A stretch of DNA of 64,000 nt from Longimicrobiales bacterium (GCA_965226375.1 CBDDCX010000005.1:32001-96000); one strand, 5' to 3'; positions 39,953 through 50,797 are shown, numbered from the stretch's first letter. The notes: generated by a model from the letters alone, not told the origin. Made by a program: numbers and translations.

Positions 39953-41635
39953 CTAGGTCGCGAGTTTCTTGTACTTGATGCGGTGAGGCTGATCGGCCTC
40001 CGCCCCGAGTCGCCGGCGTCTATCCTCCTCATATTCCTGGTAGTTACCCTCGAACCAGACCGCCGTGCTGTCGCCCTCGAAGGCCAGAATGTGGGTCGCG
40101 ATCCGGTCGAGGAACCAACGATCATGGGAGATGACCATGACCGATCCCGCGAAAGAGAGCAGCGCCTCCTCGAGGGCACGCAACGTGTCGACGTCGAGAT
40201 CGTTTGTGGGCTCGTCGAGGAGAATGAGGTTCCCACCTTCCTTCAAGAGTTTGGCCAGGTGCAGGCGATTGCGCTCCCCGCCCGAGAGCACTCCAACCTT
40301 CTTTTGTTGATCCGAGCCTCGGAAGTTGAACCAGGACAGGTAGGCACGCGGGTTCACCTCGACCCGGCCGAACTGGAGAATCTCCACGCCCTCGGAGACT
40401 TCCTCGAAGACCGTCTTGTCTGGATCGAGGTCCATTCTCGACTGATCGACGTAGGCGAGCTGAACGGTTTGCCCCAGGCGAACCGCCCCGTCATCCGGCT
40501 CTTCTTGTCCGGTGATCATTCGGAAGAGAGTCGTCTTGCCCGCGCCGTTGGGGCCGATAATGCCCACAATTGCTCCCGGGGGGAGCGAAAAGGAAAGATT
40601 CTCGAGGAGCAGGACCTCACCGTAACCCTTCTTTACCCCGTCACAGAGAACGACATCGTTGCCCAAGCGAGGGCCCTTCGGGATGAGGATTTCGGCGGTT
40701 TTGATCTGCTCACGCTCGTCTTGGGCCAGGAGATCCTCATACGCACCGATGCGCGCTTTCCCCTTGGCGTGGCGAGCCCGAGGGGCCATGCGGATCCACT
40801 CCAGCTCTCGCTCCAGCGTGCTCTGTCGGGTTGAGGCCTGCTTCTCCTGGACTCGCAACCTCTCGCTCTTTTGCTCGAGCCACGAGGAGTAGTTGCCCTT
40901 CCAGGGGATCCCTTCGCCGCGGTCCAGCTCGAGAATCCACTCGGCGACGTTGTCGAGGAAGTACCGGTCGTGCGTGATGGCGACGATGGTTCCTGTGAAC
41001 TCTGCCAGGTATCGCTCGAGCCACGCGACCGACTCGGCGTCCAGGTGGTTGGTGGGCTCGTCCAGCAGCAGCATGTCGGGCTCCTCGAGAAGCACACGGC
41101 ACAGGGCCACACGTCTGTTTTCACCACCGGAGAGTGTTGTCACGTCCGTATCCGGAGCAGGCAGACGCAGAGCATCCATGGCGATCTCCACCCTGCGATC
41201 GAGGTCCCATGCGTTCGAGGCATCGATGCGGTCTTGGAGGCGTGACTGCTTCGCGATGAGCGCCTCCATTTCGTCGTCGCTCATGGGCTCGGCGAATTTC
41301 ATGCTGACCGCCTCGAACTGTTTGAGGAGATCGCGGGTCTCACGGACGCCCTCCTCCACGTTGCCCCTAACGTCGAGCGTGGGGTCGAGCTCCGGCTCCT
41401 GCGGCAGGTAGCTGACACGGGTGCCCTTCGCGGCCCAGGCCTCTCCCAGGAAGTCGTCATCGAGCCCGGCCATGATGCGTAACAGGGTGCTCTTGCCGGA
41501 TCCGTTGGGTCCAACGACGCCGATTTTCGCCCCGTGGAAGAAGGACAGCCAGATGCCCTTGAGGATCTCACGCTTGGGGGGAACCAGCTTGCGCAGGTCC
41601 TTCATGACGTAGATGAACTGCTCGTTGCCCATCAT
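39953..41635 (-). CDS. ettA: Energy-dependent translational throttle protein (ABC-F)
   Basis: ILKGIWLSFFHGAKIGVVGPNGSGKS, LSGGE twice, DEPTNHLD, ELEWIR, PHRIKYKKL. Confidence 0.95.
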   Translation of the reverse strand: MMGNEQFIYVMKDLRKLVPPKREILKGIWLSFFHGAKIGVVGPNGSGKSTLLRIMAGLDDDFLGEAWAAKGTRVSYLPQEPELDPTLDVRGNVEEGVRETRDLLKQFEAVSMKFAEPMSDDEMEALIAKQSRLQDRIDASNAWDLDRRVEIAMDALRLPAPDTDVTTLSGGENRRVALCRVLLEEPDMLLLDEPTNHLDAESVAWLERYLAEFTGTIVAITHDRYFLDNVAEWILELDRGEGIPWKGNYSSWLEQKSERLRVQEKQASTRQSTLERELEWIRMAPRARHAKGKARIGAYEDLLAQDEREQIKTAEILIPKGPRLGNDVVLCDGVKKGYGEVLLLENLSFSLPPGAIVGIIGPNGAGKTTLFRMITGQEEPDDGAVRLGQTVQLAYVDQSRMDLDPDKTVFEEVSEGVEILQFGRVEVNPRAYLSWFNFRGSDQQKKVGVLSGGERNRLHLAKLLKEGGNLILLDEPTNDLDVDTLRALEEALLSFAGSVMVISHDRWFLDRIATHILAFEGDSTAVWFEGNYQEYEEDRRRRLGAEADQPHRIKYKKLAT

Positions 41636-41800
41636 AGAATCCGGTTCACGCGGGGGTTACAGACCTGTGGGGGCACAATCTAAGCACACTGCGTCGGTCG
41701 TGGAATCGGAAGGCGGTGTCGAGCTGGGAGAGGGTTGTTGATACTTCTCATCAACGCAGTAGACTCCCACGGGTCGATTGCGATCGCGAGAGACGTTTTG

Positions 41801-43087
41801 GTGTCGAATCGGGGGTCAGGAACCCAGTTGATAGGAATCGTCGGGGGAGGCGTTTCGGGCCTCGTGCTCGCTCACGAACTCGTCTGCCTTGGAGCCGAGG
41901 TCCTGCTCTGGGAGGCGTCCGAGAGGCCTGGCGGCGTGCTCTGGTCTCGGGACTGCGGGGGAGTGCAGGTGGAGTTGGGACCACAGAGAGCCCGACTTAC
42001 AGATGGATTTCGACGTCTCGTAGAGGCCGTAGGTCTATCCGAAGAGTTGGTCACGGCGCCGGTGGATCTTCCGCTGTTCGTCTACACTCGTGGGAAGCTC
42101 AGGACGGCCCCCCTGTCCTTGCGGCAGGCTATCTCTACGGACTTGCTCCCGCTGTCGAGCAAGGTGCGGATCCTGACGGAGCCGTTCCGCTCGGGGCCCG
42201 GGCCCGAGGAGACGGCGGGCGCGTTCTTAAGAAGAAAGTTCGGGGAGACGGCGTACCGGGACCTTCTCGGACCCCTCTACGGAGGACTATACGGGTCCGA
42301 TCCGGATCGCATGCCGGCAAGGCACGCACTCGCGCGCACGTTGAAGAATATGGGCGTGGGTCGGAGCATTCTCTGGAGAATGATCCGTGCAAGTGGCCAA
42401 GCCGATGAAGCTCCGCCCTGTTCGTTTCGTGACGGTCTGGCCGCCCTGCCGCGGGCTCTCCAAGCTCACTTGGGGGACAGGGTGCAGTTGGACAGCCCAG
42501 TTCGTACTCTTCGGGAGAGCGGAGATGGGTGGGAGGTCGTGCTCGACGGGGAGGGGAGGGTGCAGGTCTCCCACGTGGTGCTGACCTGCCCTGCGGACCA
42601 GGCCGCGAAGATCGTCGAGCACGTCTGCCCCCAGGGGGCGAAGACTCTCGCCGGAATCCGGTACAACCCGCTGGCTGTGGTGCACATGCGATCCCAGGCC
42701 GATCTTCACGGCCTCGGTTACCAACTGGCGTTGGGAGAACCGTTCGAGACCCGAGGCGTAACTTGGAACCACAGCCTCTTCAGACGCTCGGGACTCTATA
42801 CGGCGTACCTGGGTGGAATGAAGAACCCGGCTATGGTTGACAGACCCGACGACGAGATCGGCCGGATCGCGTGCCGGGAATTCGAGACCGTGACGGGGCA
42901 TGCGGCGGAGACGCTGATGGTTTCCCGAACCAGGATGCCGGCTTGGGACGAGAGTTGGAACGCGATGCCGGACTTGGACCTACCGGTCGGATTGCACCTC
43001 TGCTCCAACTATTCGGCCCGGCCGGGCATAGCCGGCCGCATCGTCGAGGCTCAACGGCTGGCCCGCAGCCTCAGTCCGCCGCGTTGA
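41801..43087 (+). CDS. hemG: Protoporphyrinogen/coproporphyrinogen oxidase (HemY type)
   Basis: IVGGGVSGL, EASERPGG, ELGP, GLYGSDP, SFRDGL; adjacent to ferrochelatase. Start uncertain. Confidence 0.85.
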   Translation: MSNRGSGTQLIGIVGGGVSGLVLAHELVCLGAEVLLWEASERPGGVLWSRDCGGVQVELGPQRARLTDGFRRLVEAVGLSEELVTAPVDLPLFVYTRGKLRTAPLSLRQAISTDLLPLSSKVRILTEPFRSGPGPEETAGAFLRRKFGETAYRDLLGPLYGGLYGSDPDRMPARHALARTLKNMGVGRSILWRMIRASGQADEAPPCSFRDGLAALPRALQAHLGDRVQLDSPVRTLRESGDGWEVVLDGEGRVQVSHVVLTCPADQAAKIVEHVCPQGAKTLAGIRYNPLAVVHMRSQADLHGLGYQLALGEPFETRGVTWNHSLFRRSGLYTAYLGGMKNPAMVDRPDDEIGRIACREFETVTGHAAETLMVSRTRMPAWDESWNAMPDLDLPVGLHLCSNYSARPGIAGRIVEAQRLARSLSPPR

Positions 43088-44108
43088 GGCAGAACGTTTT
43101 CGGCGTTGCACGGCACAGACAGCGCCGCAGGCCGAGCTCTCCCATGATGGGCTCGGGCCTAAGGGCGTCTTCCACCAGGTCGGCAAGTAGGGCGGTGAAG
43201 CGGGGGTCGGCGTGGGGGATCGGGACACGGTAAAAATCCAGACCCCGGGCCTCTGTGACCTCCCGGAGCTCATGGTCCAACTCGGATAGTGTCTCGGACT
43301 GTTCGTGCATGAAGCTGAGCGGCTCGACTACCACGCGGGCTCCCTCGAGCTTCTGCACCACTTGCTCGACCTCCGGCTCGGTCCATTTCACCCCTCGGTT
43401 TGCGTGGTTTTGGTATCCCAACACGTAGTCGGTGGTGCCCAACTCACGGGCGATCATACGACAAGCTTCCTCCACATAGTTCACGTATCGAGGTCCGCTC
43501 TCGATGTACTTGAGAGGGGTGCCGTGCGCCGAGAACACGAGTCTCGTGTCCGCAGCGTGTAGATCGACGCCCTGCTGCTTCACGAACTCCAGAATGTTGT
43601 CGGCCCGGAACCACAGGTAGTCGGGGTGACGGTGCCATCCCGTGATCTCCCGAATGGGGACGTCCCAGTCGAGTTCCTCGAGAGCGGCGTTCACGTCGTC
43701 GAGTGCCGCAATCGTGGTCGACATGCCGCAGAGGGGATAGAGCGGTAGAGCGATCAGATTCTCCACGGCGTCTGAATGCGCCTCGTGCACGGCCGCGCCG
43801 ATGGATGGGGCGGTGAACTGCATGCCGGAATAGCACTTCACGTCGATCCCCCGCCGTCTCAGCGCGAGTTCCACCATACGGACCTGTTTACGGGCCTGTT
43901 GGTTGAGCGGAGATCCGCCGATCTGTTCATACACCGCGATCAAGCCTGGGGCCCGGGCATCGGCAAGCTGCCGAGCCCGTTGTGCTCCACTCTTCTTTGA
44001 TTCCAGGGCGGCGTTCCGAAGGAAGATCCGCTCCAGATATGGTACGACCTCTTCCAGCGTGCCTTGCTCGGGCTCTCCGAAATTGAGGATCAGAACACCG
44101 GTCGTCAT
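43071..44108 (-). CDS. hemH: Ferrochelatase
   Basis: GVLILNFGEP, YEQIGGSPL, LPLYP, FSAHGTP, WTEP, SFMHEQSETLSELD. Confidence 0.93.
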   Translation of the reverse strand: MTTGVLILNFGEPEQGTLEEVVPYLERIFLRNAALESKKSGAQRARQLADARAPGLIAVYEQIGGSPLNQQARKQVRMVELALRRRGIDVKCYSGMQFTAPSIGAAVHEAHSDAVENLIALPLYPLCGMSTTIAALDDVNAALEELDWDVPIREITGWHRHPDYLWFRADNILEFVKQQGVDLHAADTRLVFSAHGTPLKYIESGPRYVNYVEEACRMIARELGTTDYVLGYQNHANRGVKWTEPEVEQVVQKLEGARVVVEPLSFMHEQSETLSELDHELREVTEARGLDFYRVPIPHADPRFTALLADLVEDALRPEPIMGELGLRRCLCRATPKTFCLNAAD

Positions 44109-44236
44109 GGCCAGTCACTTTTGATTGTGTAAGGAGGGGCCCATTCCGGACCCTCCTCCTTCGAGATCATGCGATGGAAGCTCGGCTTGTCAGCCAGAAC
44201 CGTGATAGACCTGGTGACCGGCTGGGAAGTCGAAGA

Positions 44237-47200
44237 TCAGTTTCCTGGCTTGCGCGACAGAGCCTTGTAATACTCATCCACCAGCTTTCGGAAGCCCGTC
44301 GGCACCTCGTCCGAACCTGATACGAAGACCCGATCACGATCTTCTCCATCCAGTTCTCGGCGAAGCCCGAACTCGAGCTGCTTGAGTCCTTCCAGAATCT
44401 GCGCCTGGAGTCGTTCGACCTCCGCCAGGTCCGAGTAAACCCGTTCGCTGTCCAGCGCCCTCAGGGCCGATACGACTTCATCGAGCCGGCGTCCGTCCAG
44501 GGCCTCGAGATCCTCCTGCTCCAGGATTCGCTGGAGTTCCCGGGCCTCCTGGACGCGCTCTCGGATCTCACGCCGGAACTGGCGGACGTCTCCTGGTGAG
44601 ACGGCCCCCGGCTGACGGCCCCCGCCGCCCCCGTTCGGGTTGCCGAGGGCACCCTGGCTTCCGCCGTCCTGACCCTGCCCCTGTTGGCCGCGTCCCTGGC
44701 CTTCACCTCGGCCTTGGCCTTCACCCTGTCCTTGGCCTTCGCCCTGTCCTTGGCTTTCACCCTGTTCCTGTCCTTCACCTTGGCCTTGCTCACCCTGACC
44801 CTGCTGGCCTCGGTCACCCCGCTCTCCCAGGCGTCGGGACATGGACTCAATACCTCGCACCAGGTCCCGGGTACGGTCGAGGGCCTCGGTGCGACCATCA
44901 TTCTCTAGTTCGCCCACGGCTCCTACGGCACGCTCGAGGCGATCCTCGAGCTCGTCGAGTCCGCGCTGCGTCTCGGCCTCGAATTCGCGTGTGTAGTCCC
45001 CGTCTCCCGCTCCGATGAGCCCTCGCGAGTAACGCACCCGTTCCTTCAGCTTGTTATCACGGATGGAGTTGGCGGCCTCCCCCAGTTGGTCGGAGGCATC
45101 TCGCTGGCTTGCACGGGCATCAGCACTCAACCGATCGATCTGGCTTTCGAGATCCCCGAGTTCCTCGGTCATAGCCTCTTTGCGCTCGAACAGACGCCTG
45201 GCGGCCTCCTGGAGAGCCGCTCCTTCCCGCTCGTTGAGTGCCTCCATCTGTCGCTGGATCTCACGCTGCTCCTCGGCCAGGGCTTGTGCCCGGCGAGACG
45301 CGTCTTCGGCCTCGTCGCGCAGGCGATCGACGCGGTCCCGCTCCAATCGACGGCGGGCCTCTTCGAGTCGGTCCAGCGCGGAGTTGGCATCTGCAACGCC
45401 CGCGTTCCCACTCGACGCGGCGGAGCGGCGCATCTCGTCCGCGGCCCGCTGGAGCTCTCTCGACGCCTCCATCAGACGCTGATCGTTGGTCTCCCGGGCA
45501 AGCCGCTCCAGCTGGCGCGCTGTCTCTTCCGTTTCGTCGGCCAGTTCACGCTGACCGCGTGCTGAACCACCGCCGCCTTGCTGAGCCGCGGCACGGCGCT
45601 GTCGTTCGGCCTGCTGTTGCTGACGCCTGGCCAACTCTTTGAGCTTCTCGAGGGCCTCGTCCACCTGCTCGGTCGCCTGTTGGCGTTCGCCGCGCTCCAG
45701 GGTCTCGTACTGGTTCTTCAGTTTATCAAGCTCGAGCTCGAAGAGATCGGCGAGGTCATCAGCCGAGGCACCACCACCACCGCCGCCACCTTGTTGCCCT
45801 CCCTGCTGAACGACCGCTTCGTAGGTCTCCTCCGCCTTTTGGAGGTGGAGAAGGGCCTTTTGCTCGGGCGAGATGGCCTCCTTGGGGTCACTGTCGCCCA
45901 AGATTCTCTCGGCGTTCTCCATCTCCTCGAGGGCCTGGGGAAGCAGCTCGGCGATGCGCTTGAACTGCGGATCAGCCCCCATTCCGCGGGCCATGAGACG
46001 TTGCAACAGGCCCGCTACCTGTTCACGAACACGGGCTTGGGCGAGTCGGACGCTGACCAAGTTCTCCTCGAACTCGCTCTCCGGGAGATATTCCTGATCC
46101 CGGACCAGATTGAAGGTCGCCGCGACGATCTGGCGTTGGAGATCCGAAAGACCTTCTTCCTCCATGCCACCGCCGCCGCCGCCACCGGCCTGCTCACCTT
46201 GGCGAAAATCGATCCGGAAGGGACGGATCTGCACAAAGTAGATGTCGCTGGTGACCGTACGGACACCGTTGGACCTGTTGTTGTCCTTGGCCTGGGCGTA
46301 GTAGGAGACCAGATCGCCAGGCTCGAGTTCGAACTCCTCTAGGTACAGCGTGTGTCCCGCGGTGACCTCGGGTGCCGGTCGGCTGTCATACAGGGCGATC
46401 GTGTCCTCGGGCTCCCCGTTGGTCGAATAGATGAGGAGCAGCTCGGAGATCCCGAAGTCGTCGTCGGCCTTGGCCTCGAGGAACAACTCCTCGATGGGGC
46501 TTGCCCTCGTATCCCGTCCGGGCTTGGAGAACGACACGGAAGGTGGCTGATCGGTGAGCACGTCGATGGTGTACTTGGGCGATGCTGGGACCAGATCACC
46601 GTCCGTTCGGGCCAGTTCGATCTCGTAGTATCCCTCCCGCTCCACCGTTAGAGTGCCCAGCCACGTTCCGTCTCCGACTTCGGTGAGTTCTGCGGCTTCT
46701 CCGTTGACCAAAAGGCGCCCACCGGGCGTGAGCATGGTAGGGAAGATCCTTACTCTTACCTCCGTCCCTTCGAGGGCGGCGATGTCGCCGCCTCCCTCGA
46801 CGGTGCGTACGGCGAGCCCGGTGTAGGACGGGAAGTGATACTCGAGCTCGAGGCGATCCACGTAGGGGAGATCGGCCACTTCGATGCGGTGGGTGGCAGA
46901 ACGGATGCCCGCGGACTCCACGAAGTACTCCGTGTGCTCATTTAGGCCGAGAAGGAGGAGTTCGAAGCCCTCCACCTGGTCGGGGAGCATGGAGAGCTCG
47001 TCGAACACTTCGGGTAGCATCGAAAGTTGGTCGAACACATCGGACGATTCCGCCTTGAAGAAAATGCGAACCTCGTCACTCTCGAACCCGACGAGCTGGA
47101 CGGCCACGAGTTGGTCGGATCCCCGGGCGATGGTCACGTCACCCGGCTCCACTACGATGGAGTACGGGTTCACTGCTGATGCGTCCCGCGTCGGGAAGAG

Positions 47201-47752
47201 AAGGGCCGAGGCCCCGTGGCGGAGTTGAGCCGGTCCGAGGAGCATGAGGGCCAGCGTGGCCAGGGCTGCAGCGGCCAACGCCCCCGAGGCCCGATAGAGC
47301 CCCTTCTGCTCGATCCTTCGACCGTAGTCGACCTTGCGGGCGCGATCCAACGCGTTGTCGACGAGACCACGCTCGAGAGCGTCAGACGTGTTCATGTCCC
47401 CGCTCCCAGCCTCCAGGGCGCTCAACACAGAGGCCTCGAGGGATGGCTCGTTCTCTTCCAGATAGAGGGCCGCCTGCTCGTCGGAAACCCTACGTGCGAG
47501 GGGCCATACGAGGAAACGGGCTACGAGTGCGCCGACGGCGAGCCACAGGAGGATCCGGAGTGACACCACAGCCGTTGCGCTGAACCGGAAGAGCTCGAGG
47601 CCATATACCGAGATCAAAAACGCGCCGAGACTCGCGCCGAGCACGACAGCCATGCCTCGCATCGCGATGCGGGCGCGCCAGCGTCGCCGAATCCGGTCGA
47701 TCACGCGAAGGATCTCTATGTGGCGAATGGCTCTGTGTTTACCCCTGTGCAT
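44237..47752 (-). CDS. Large membrane-anchored protein with Ig-like domains and long coiled coil (DUF4175-like)
   Basis: N-terminal TMs, PSYTGL, DQPPSVSF..ADDDFG, Q/E-rich coiled coils, QGQGE low-complexity tract, C-terminal VPTGFRKLVDEYYKAL. Confidence 0.75.
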   Translation of the reverse strand: MHRGKHRAIRHIEILRVIDRIRRRWRARIAMRGMAVVLGASLGAFLISVYGLELFRFSATAVVSLRILLWLAVGALVARFLVWPLARRVSDEQAALYLEENEPSLEASVLSALEAGSGDMNTSDALERGLVDNALDRARKVDYGRRIEQKGLYRASGALAAAALATLALMLLGPAQLRHGASALLFPTRDASAVNPYSIVVEPGDVTIARGSDQLVAVQLVGFESDEVRIFFKAESSDVFDQLSMLPEVFDELSMLPDQVEGFELLLLGLNEHTEYFVESAGIRSATHRIEVADLPYVDRLELEYHFPSYTGLAVRTVEGGGDIAALEGTEVRVRIFPTMLTPGGRLLVNGEAAELTEVGDGTWLGTLTVEREGYYEIELARTDGDLVPASPKYTIDVLTDQPPSVSFSKPGRDTRASPIEELFLEAKADDDFGISELLLIYSTNGEPEDTIALYDSRPAPEVTAGHTLYLEEFELEPGDLVSYYAQAKDNNRSNGVRTVTSDIYFVQIRPFRIDFRQGEQAGGGGGGGMEEEGLSDLQRQIVAATFNLVRDQEYLPESEFEENLVSVRLAQARVREQVAGLLQRLMARGMGADPQFKRIAELLPQALEEMENAERILGDSDPKEAISPEQKALLHLQKAEETYEAVVQQGGQQGGGGGGGASADDLADLFELELDKLKNQYETLERGERQQATEQVDEALEKLKELARRQQQQAERQRRAAAQQGGGGSARGQRELADETEETARQLERLARETNDQRLMEASRELQRAADEMRRSAASSGNAGVADANSALDRLEEARRRLERDRVDRLRDEAEDASRRAQALAEEQREIQRQMEALNEREGAALQEAARRLFERKEAMTEELGDLESQIDRLSADARASQRDASDQLGEAANSIRDNKLKERVRYSRGLIGAGDGDYTREFEAETQRGLDELEDRLERAVGAVGELENDGRTEALDRTRDLVRGIESMSRRLGERGDRGQQGQGEQGQGEGQEQGESQGQGEGQGQGEGQGRGEGQGRGQQGQGQDGGSQGALGNPNGGGGGRQPGAVSPGDVRQFRREIRERVQEARELQRILEQEDLEALDGRRLDEVVSALRALDSERVYSDLAEVERLQAQILEGLKQLEFGLRRELDGEDRDRVFVSGSDEVPTGFRKLVDEYYKALSRKPGN

Positions 47753-49862
47753 ACTCCCTCCCATCCTCGAATCTCTTCGTCACACCGCGAGAAAGCCAGT
47801 TCGACACGGCAGTCTCCGTCAACAGCAGGATCAGCGCCCCGACCAACAGCAATCGCCAGAGGGCCTGTCGCCGTTCCTGGTCCTGTGCCCTGACCTCGGC
47901 CGGTAAGAGGCCCGCGACTCCCGCCTCGGAATCCGCGTCCCTCGGCGATATCGACCCCGCCAACTCGGTCGGGTCCATCGCTTCGAGTTCCGATTCCGCC
48001 ACGTCCACGTTGACAGCCACGGTGAACGGCCGGGTGGGATCGGAGCCGGGCCGCCGTACCTGATAGAATCCCTGCTCGTCGAGCGTGAGGAACCGGGTCG
48101 CCTCTCCCGGAGGCAGCGACACGCTACCCCCCTTTGGGGTAAGGGCGATCTGCTCATCACCCAGTGAGAGCTCCTCTTCCAGCCCGATCGCGAACGCTGC
48201 GCCCTCGGGATCCGCAAGGTTGAGCACCTGGCCGGCCGAGTACCACGGGACGCGCTCTCGGTGGCCGCCGAGATACCGGACGAGCTGGTGCATGAACGGC
48301 AGAAAGACCGGCTGAACCGACAGGTCATTCCAAAACGCATCCAGCGTACTGGCCCAAAGCAACACACGGCCCTTGCCTATCCGACGTTCGACCAAGGCGA
48401 CCGACCCGTCGTCGAAGCGTGCCAAGACACGATCCTCGGGACCCACAGTAACGGAGCGTGAGCGGAAGAAGCGCGCTCGTGCGAAGTCGCCCCCCCGCGG
48501 GCCTCCGAACACTTCGAAAATGGGGTGGGCGTAGTCCAGAAACCCGAGCCGGGCGACCTTACGAACATGGTCTGTGGCGGCGCCGAATCGGCCCGCCATC
48601 AGATCCTCCATCCCGGGCTGCCATGTGCTTCGCTCGCCGAGCACGACCAGGATACCCCCACCGGCCTCCACGAACCCTCTCAGGCGGTCCGAGACGCTCC
48701 CTTGTGGCAGACGAATGTCGTTCAGTACCACGACGGCTGTGACGTCGAGATCGGCAGTGCCGACGTTGGTCGAGCGTCGCACGTCGACCTGGAACGCTGC
48801 TTCTTCACTGATCTCCAGGGCGCGCTGCATGTAGAGGCTGGCGTCGGAGCGGGCGCTTGATCCCTCCAGGATCAGTGTGCGCAGCGCCCGTCCCGGTGAG
48901 AGCACGAAGTGGAGCTCGTTGTCCTGAAGGAGCATGTCGGGGCCCAGCCGAACGGTTCCGCGGGTGTAGGACTCCGAGAGGGTGAACGGGTCGAACGTAA
49001 CAGTGTTTGACCCGGTCGGATCCAAACGGACGTTCCGGCTCTGCACCTCTTGGCCATCGATTTCGAGGATGATGGGCAAGTCGACGGCGTCGGCGCCCTG
49101 ACGTCTGGTCACCCGGGCGGTGGCGGTCATGCGTTCTCGACCCGAAAAGAAGTCGCGGCGGAGTGTGACGGACGCCACGGTCGCGTTGGGGGTCTCCGGC
49201 TCGGAAATCTGCTGTGTGGTCACCACCGTCCCACTCGGAAACCTCACGCCCTCGTCACCGGACCATCCGGAGCGCTGAAAGTCGCTGATGATAGCGACTT
49301 CCAGGTTGGCCAACTCGGACTCCTCCAGGATGGTCTGGGCGAGCTTCAGCCCGGGTCCGAACCGAGTGCCGGAAGCGCTCACGTCGGCCGTGTCCACGGC
49401 GATGAGCAGCCGCTGGTGATCCGAGCTGGATCGGACGACCGCCGACGCCCCCTGACCGAGAAGTACCAGGCTGGCACGGTCCGACGCACCGAGGCTCGAC
49501 ACGAGTCGCCTAGCCTCGGCGGTAGCCCTCTCCCAGCGATCGCCGTAGCCCATCGAGTACGAGTGATCCAGTACGATCACCACCTCCCGAGGACCCAGTG
49601 TCGACCCTTCGGCGAGCTCCGCGTTCTGGAAGAACGGGCGGGCGAAGGCCGCCACCAGAAGTGCGAGCGCCATGGCACGGATGAAGAGTAGTACCCAGTG
49701 ATGGATCTTCCGGCGCTGGACCGAGCGGTACGGAATCTTCCGGAGAAACATGAGCGACGGGAACTCGACCACGTTGCGGCGCTGTCTCTCCGTGAGGTGG
49801 ACCAGGATGGGCACGGCCAGCCCGGCCAGGCCGAGAAGAAACAGGGGGGCGAGCCATCCCAT
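47739..49862 (-). CDS. BatA N-terminal domain plus vWA domain membrane protein
   Basis: FLLGLAGLAVPILVHL..FPSLMFL..AFARP; MIDAS-like LDHSYSM, ISDFQ; C-terminal TM. Confidence 0.85.
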   Translation of the reverse strand: MGWLAPLFLLGLAGLAVPILVHLTERQRRNVVEFPSLMFLRKIPYRSVQRRKIHHWVLLFIRAMALALLVAAFARPFFQNAELAEGSTLGPREVVIVLDHSYSMGYGDRWERATAEARRLVSSLGASDRASLVLLGQGASAVVRSSSDHQRLLIAVDTADVSASGTRFGPGLKLAQTILEESELANLEVAIISDFQRSGWSGDEGVRFPSGTVVTTQQISEPETPNATVASVTLRRDFFSGRERMTATARVTRRQGADAVDLPIILEIDGQEVQSRNVRLDPTGSNTVTFDPFTLSESYTRGTVRLGPDMLLQDNELHFVLSPGRALRTLILEGSSARSDASLYMQRALEISEEAAFQVDVRRSTNVGTADLDVTAVVVLNDIRLPQGSVSDRLRGFVEAGGGILVVLGERSTWQPGMEDLMAGRFGAATDHVRKVARLGFLDYAHPIFEVFGGPRGGDFARARFFRSRSVTVGPEDRVLARFDDGSVALVERRIGKGRVLLWASTLDAFWNDLSVQPVFLPFMHQLVRYLGGHRERVPWYSAGQVLNLADPEGAAFAIGLEEELSLGDEQIALTPKGGSVSLPPGEATRFLTLDEQGFYQVRRPGSDPTRPFTVAVNVDVAESELEAMDPTELAGSISPRDADSEAGVAGLLPAEVRAQDQERRQALWRLLLVGALILLLTETAVSNWLSRGVTKRFEDGREYAQG

Positions 49863-50785
49863 CAGCGCACCCTGCTCAGCTTTTCGCGGCTCGACAGATA
49901 GCGGAACAGCGCAAAATCCAGGGGCTTTGACGTATCCAGGACCGTATAGTCGATACGACTGCCCGTGAAGAGGCGCTCAAGCTCGCTGGTGTGTTCACCG
50001 ATCAGGCGGCGGTACTCGGTGGCGAGTTCGTCCGGCACGATCGGGATCATCGTTTCGCTCTCGAGATCCTTGAAGCTGGCCGGACTCTCGTACGGAAAGT
50101 CGAGCTCGGCGGGGTCCAGCACGTGGAAGACGATGACGTCGTGGCCGCGGGCTCTCAGGTGTCGGACGGACTCGATGACCTGCTGGGGCTCTTCGTAGAA
50201 GTCCGAGAGCAAGAGGATGATGCCGCGACTATTCAGGTTCTCTCCGACCTGCATCAACGGATCCCTCAGCGTGCCGGGGCGTCCGGGCTCGGCACGGGCC
50301 AAGCTGTGAAGGATGAGCTCGAGGTGCCGCGGCGAAGGGGGCACCCAATCCACGATGTCATGGTCGAAGGTGACCAGCCCCACCCGGTCCCGCTGCTTTT
50401 GCGAGAAATAGGCTAGTGCAGCGGCCAGATAACGGGCGTAGTCGAGCTTGGTGGCTGAATGAGTGCCGAAGCTCATGGACTTCGAGACGTCGAGAATCAC
50501 GACGAAGTTCGCGCTGGTCTCGGCATCAAACTGTTTTACGTAGAAACGATCGGTACGAGCGAAGAGGCGCCAGTCGATGCGCCGGATGTCGTCGCCTGGC
50601 ATGTAGGCCCGATGCTCGGCGAAGTCGAGGGACAGTCCCAGGTGCGGAGAGCGGTGCAGGCCGTGGAGAAAGCCGTCCACCACGGTTCGCGCCAACAGCT
50701 CCAGGTTATCGATCCGGCCCAGAACAGCCGGATCGAGGAACTGCGCCCCACTGGCCTGAAATCCCGAGCGAGCTCTGATGACCAC
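49862..50785 (-). CDS. DUF58-family vWA-like protein
   Basis: GLHRS..DFAEHRAYMPGDDIRRIDW..YVKQF, LDVSKSM, LSDF. Confidence 0.92.
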   Translation of the reverse strand: MVIRARSGFQASGAQFLDPAVLGRIDNLELLARTVVDGFLHGLHRSPHLGLSLDFAEHRAYMPGDDIRRIDWRLFARTDRFYVKQFDAETSANFVVILDVSKSMSFGTHSATKLDYARYLAAALAYFSQKQRDRVGLVTFDHDIVDWVPPSPRHLELILHSLARAEPGRPGTLRDPLMQVGENLNSRGIILLLSDFYEEPQQVIESVRHLRARGHDVIVFHVLDPAELDFPYESPASFKDLESETMIPIVPDELATEYRRLIGEHTSELERLFTGSRIDYTVLDTSKPLDFALFRYLSSREKLSRVR

Positions 50786-50797
50786 GAAATCCTACTC

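Noticed and set aside
44660..44810. QGQGE repeat tract
   Set aside because: In-frame low-complexity linker common in such coiled-coil proteins.
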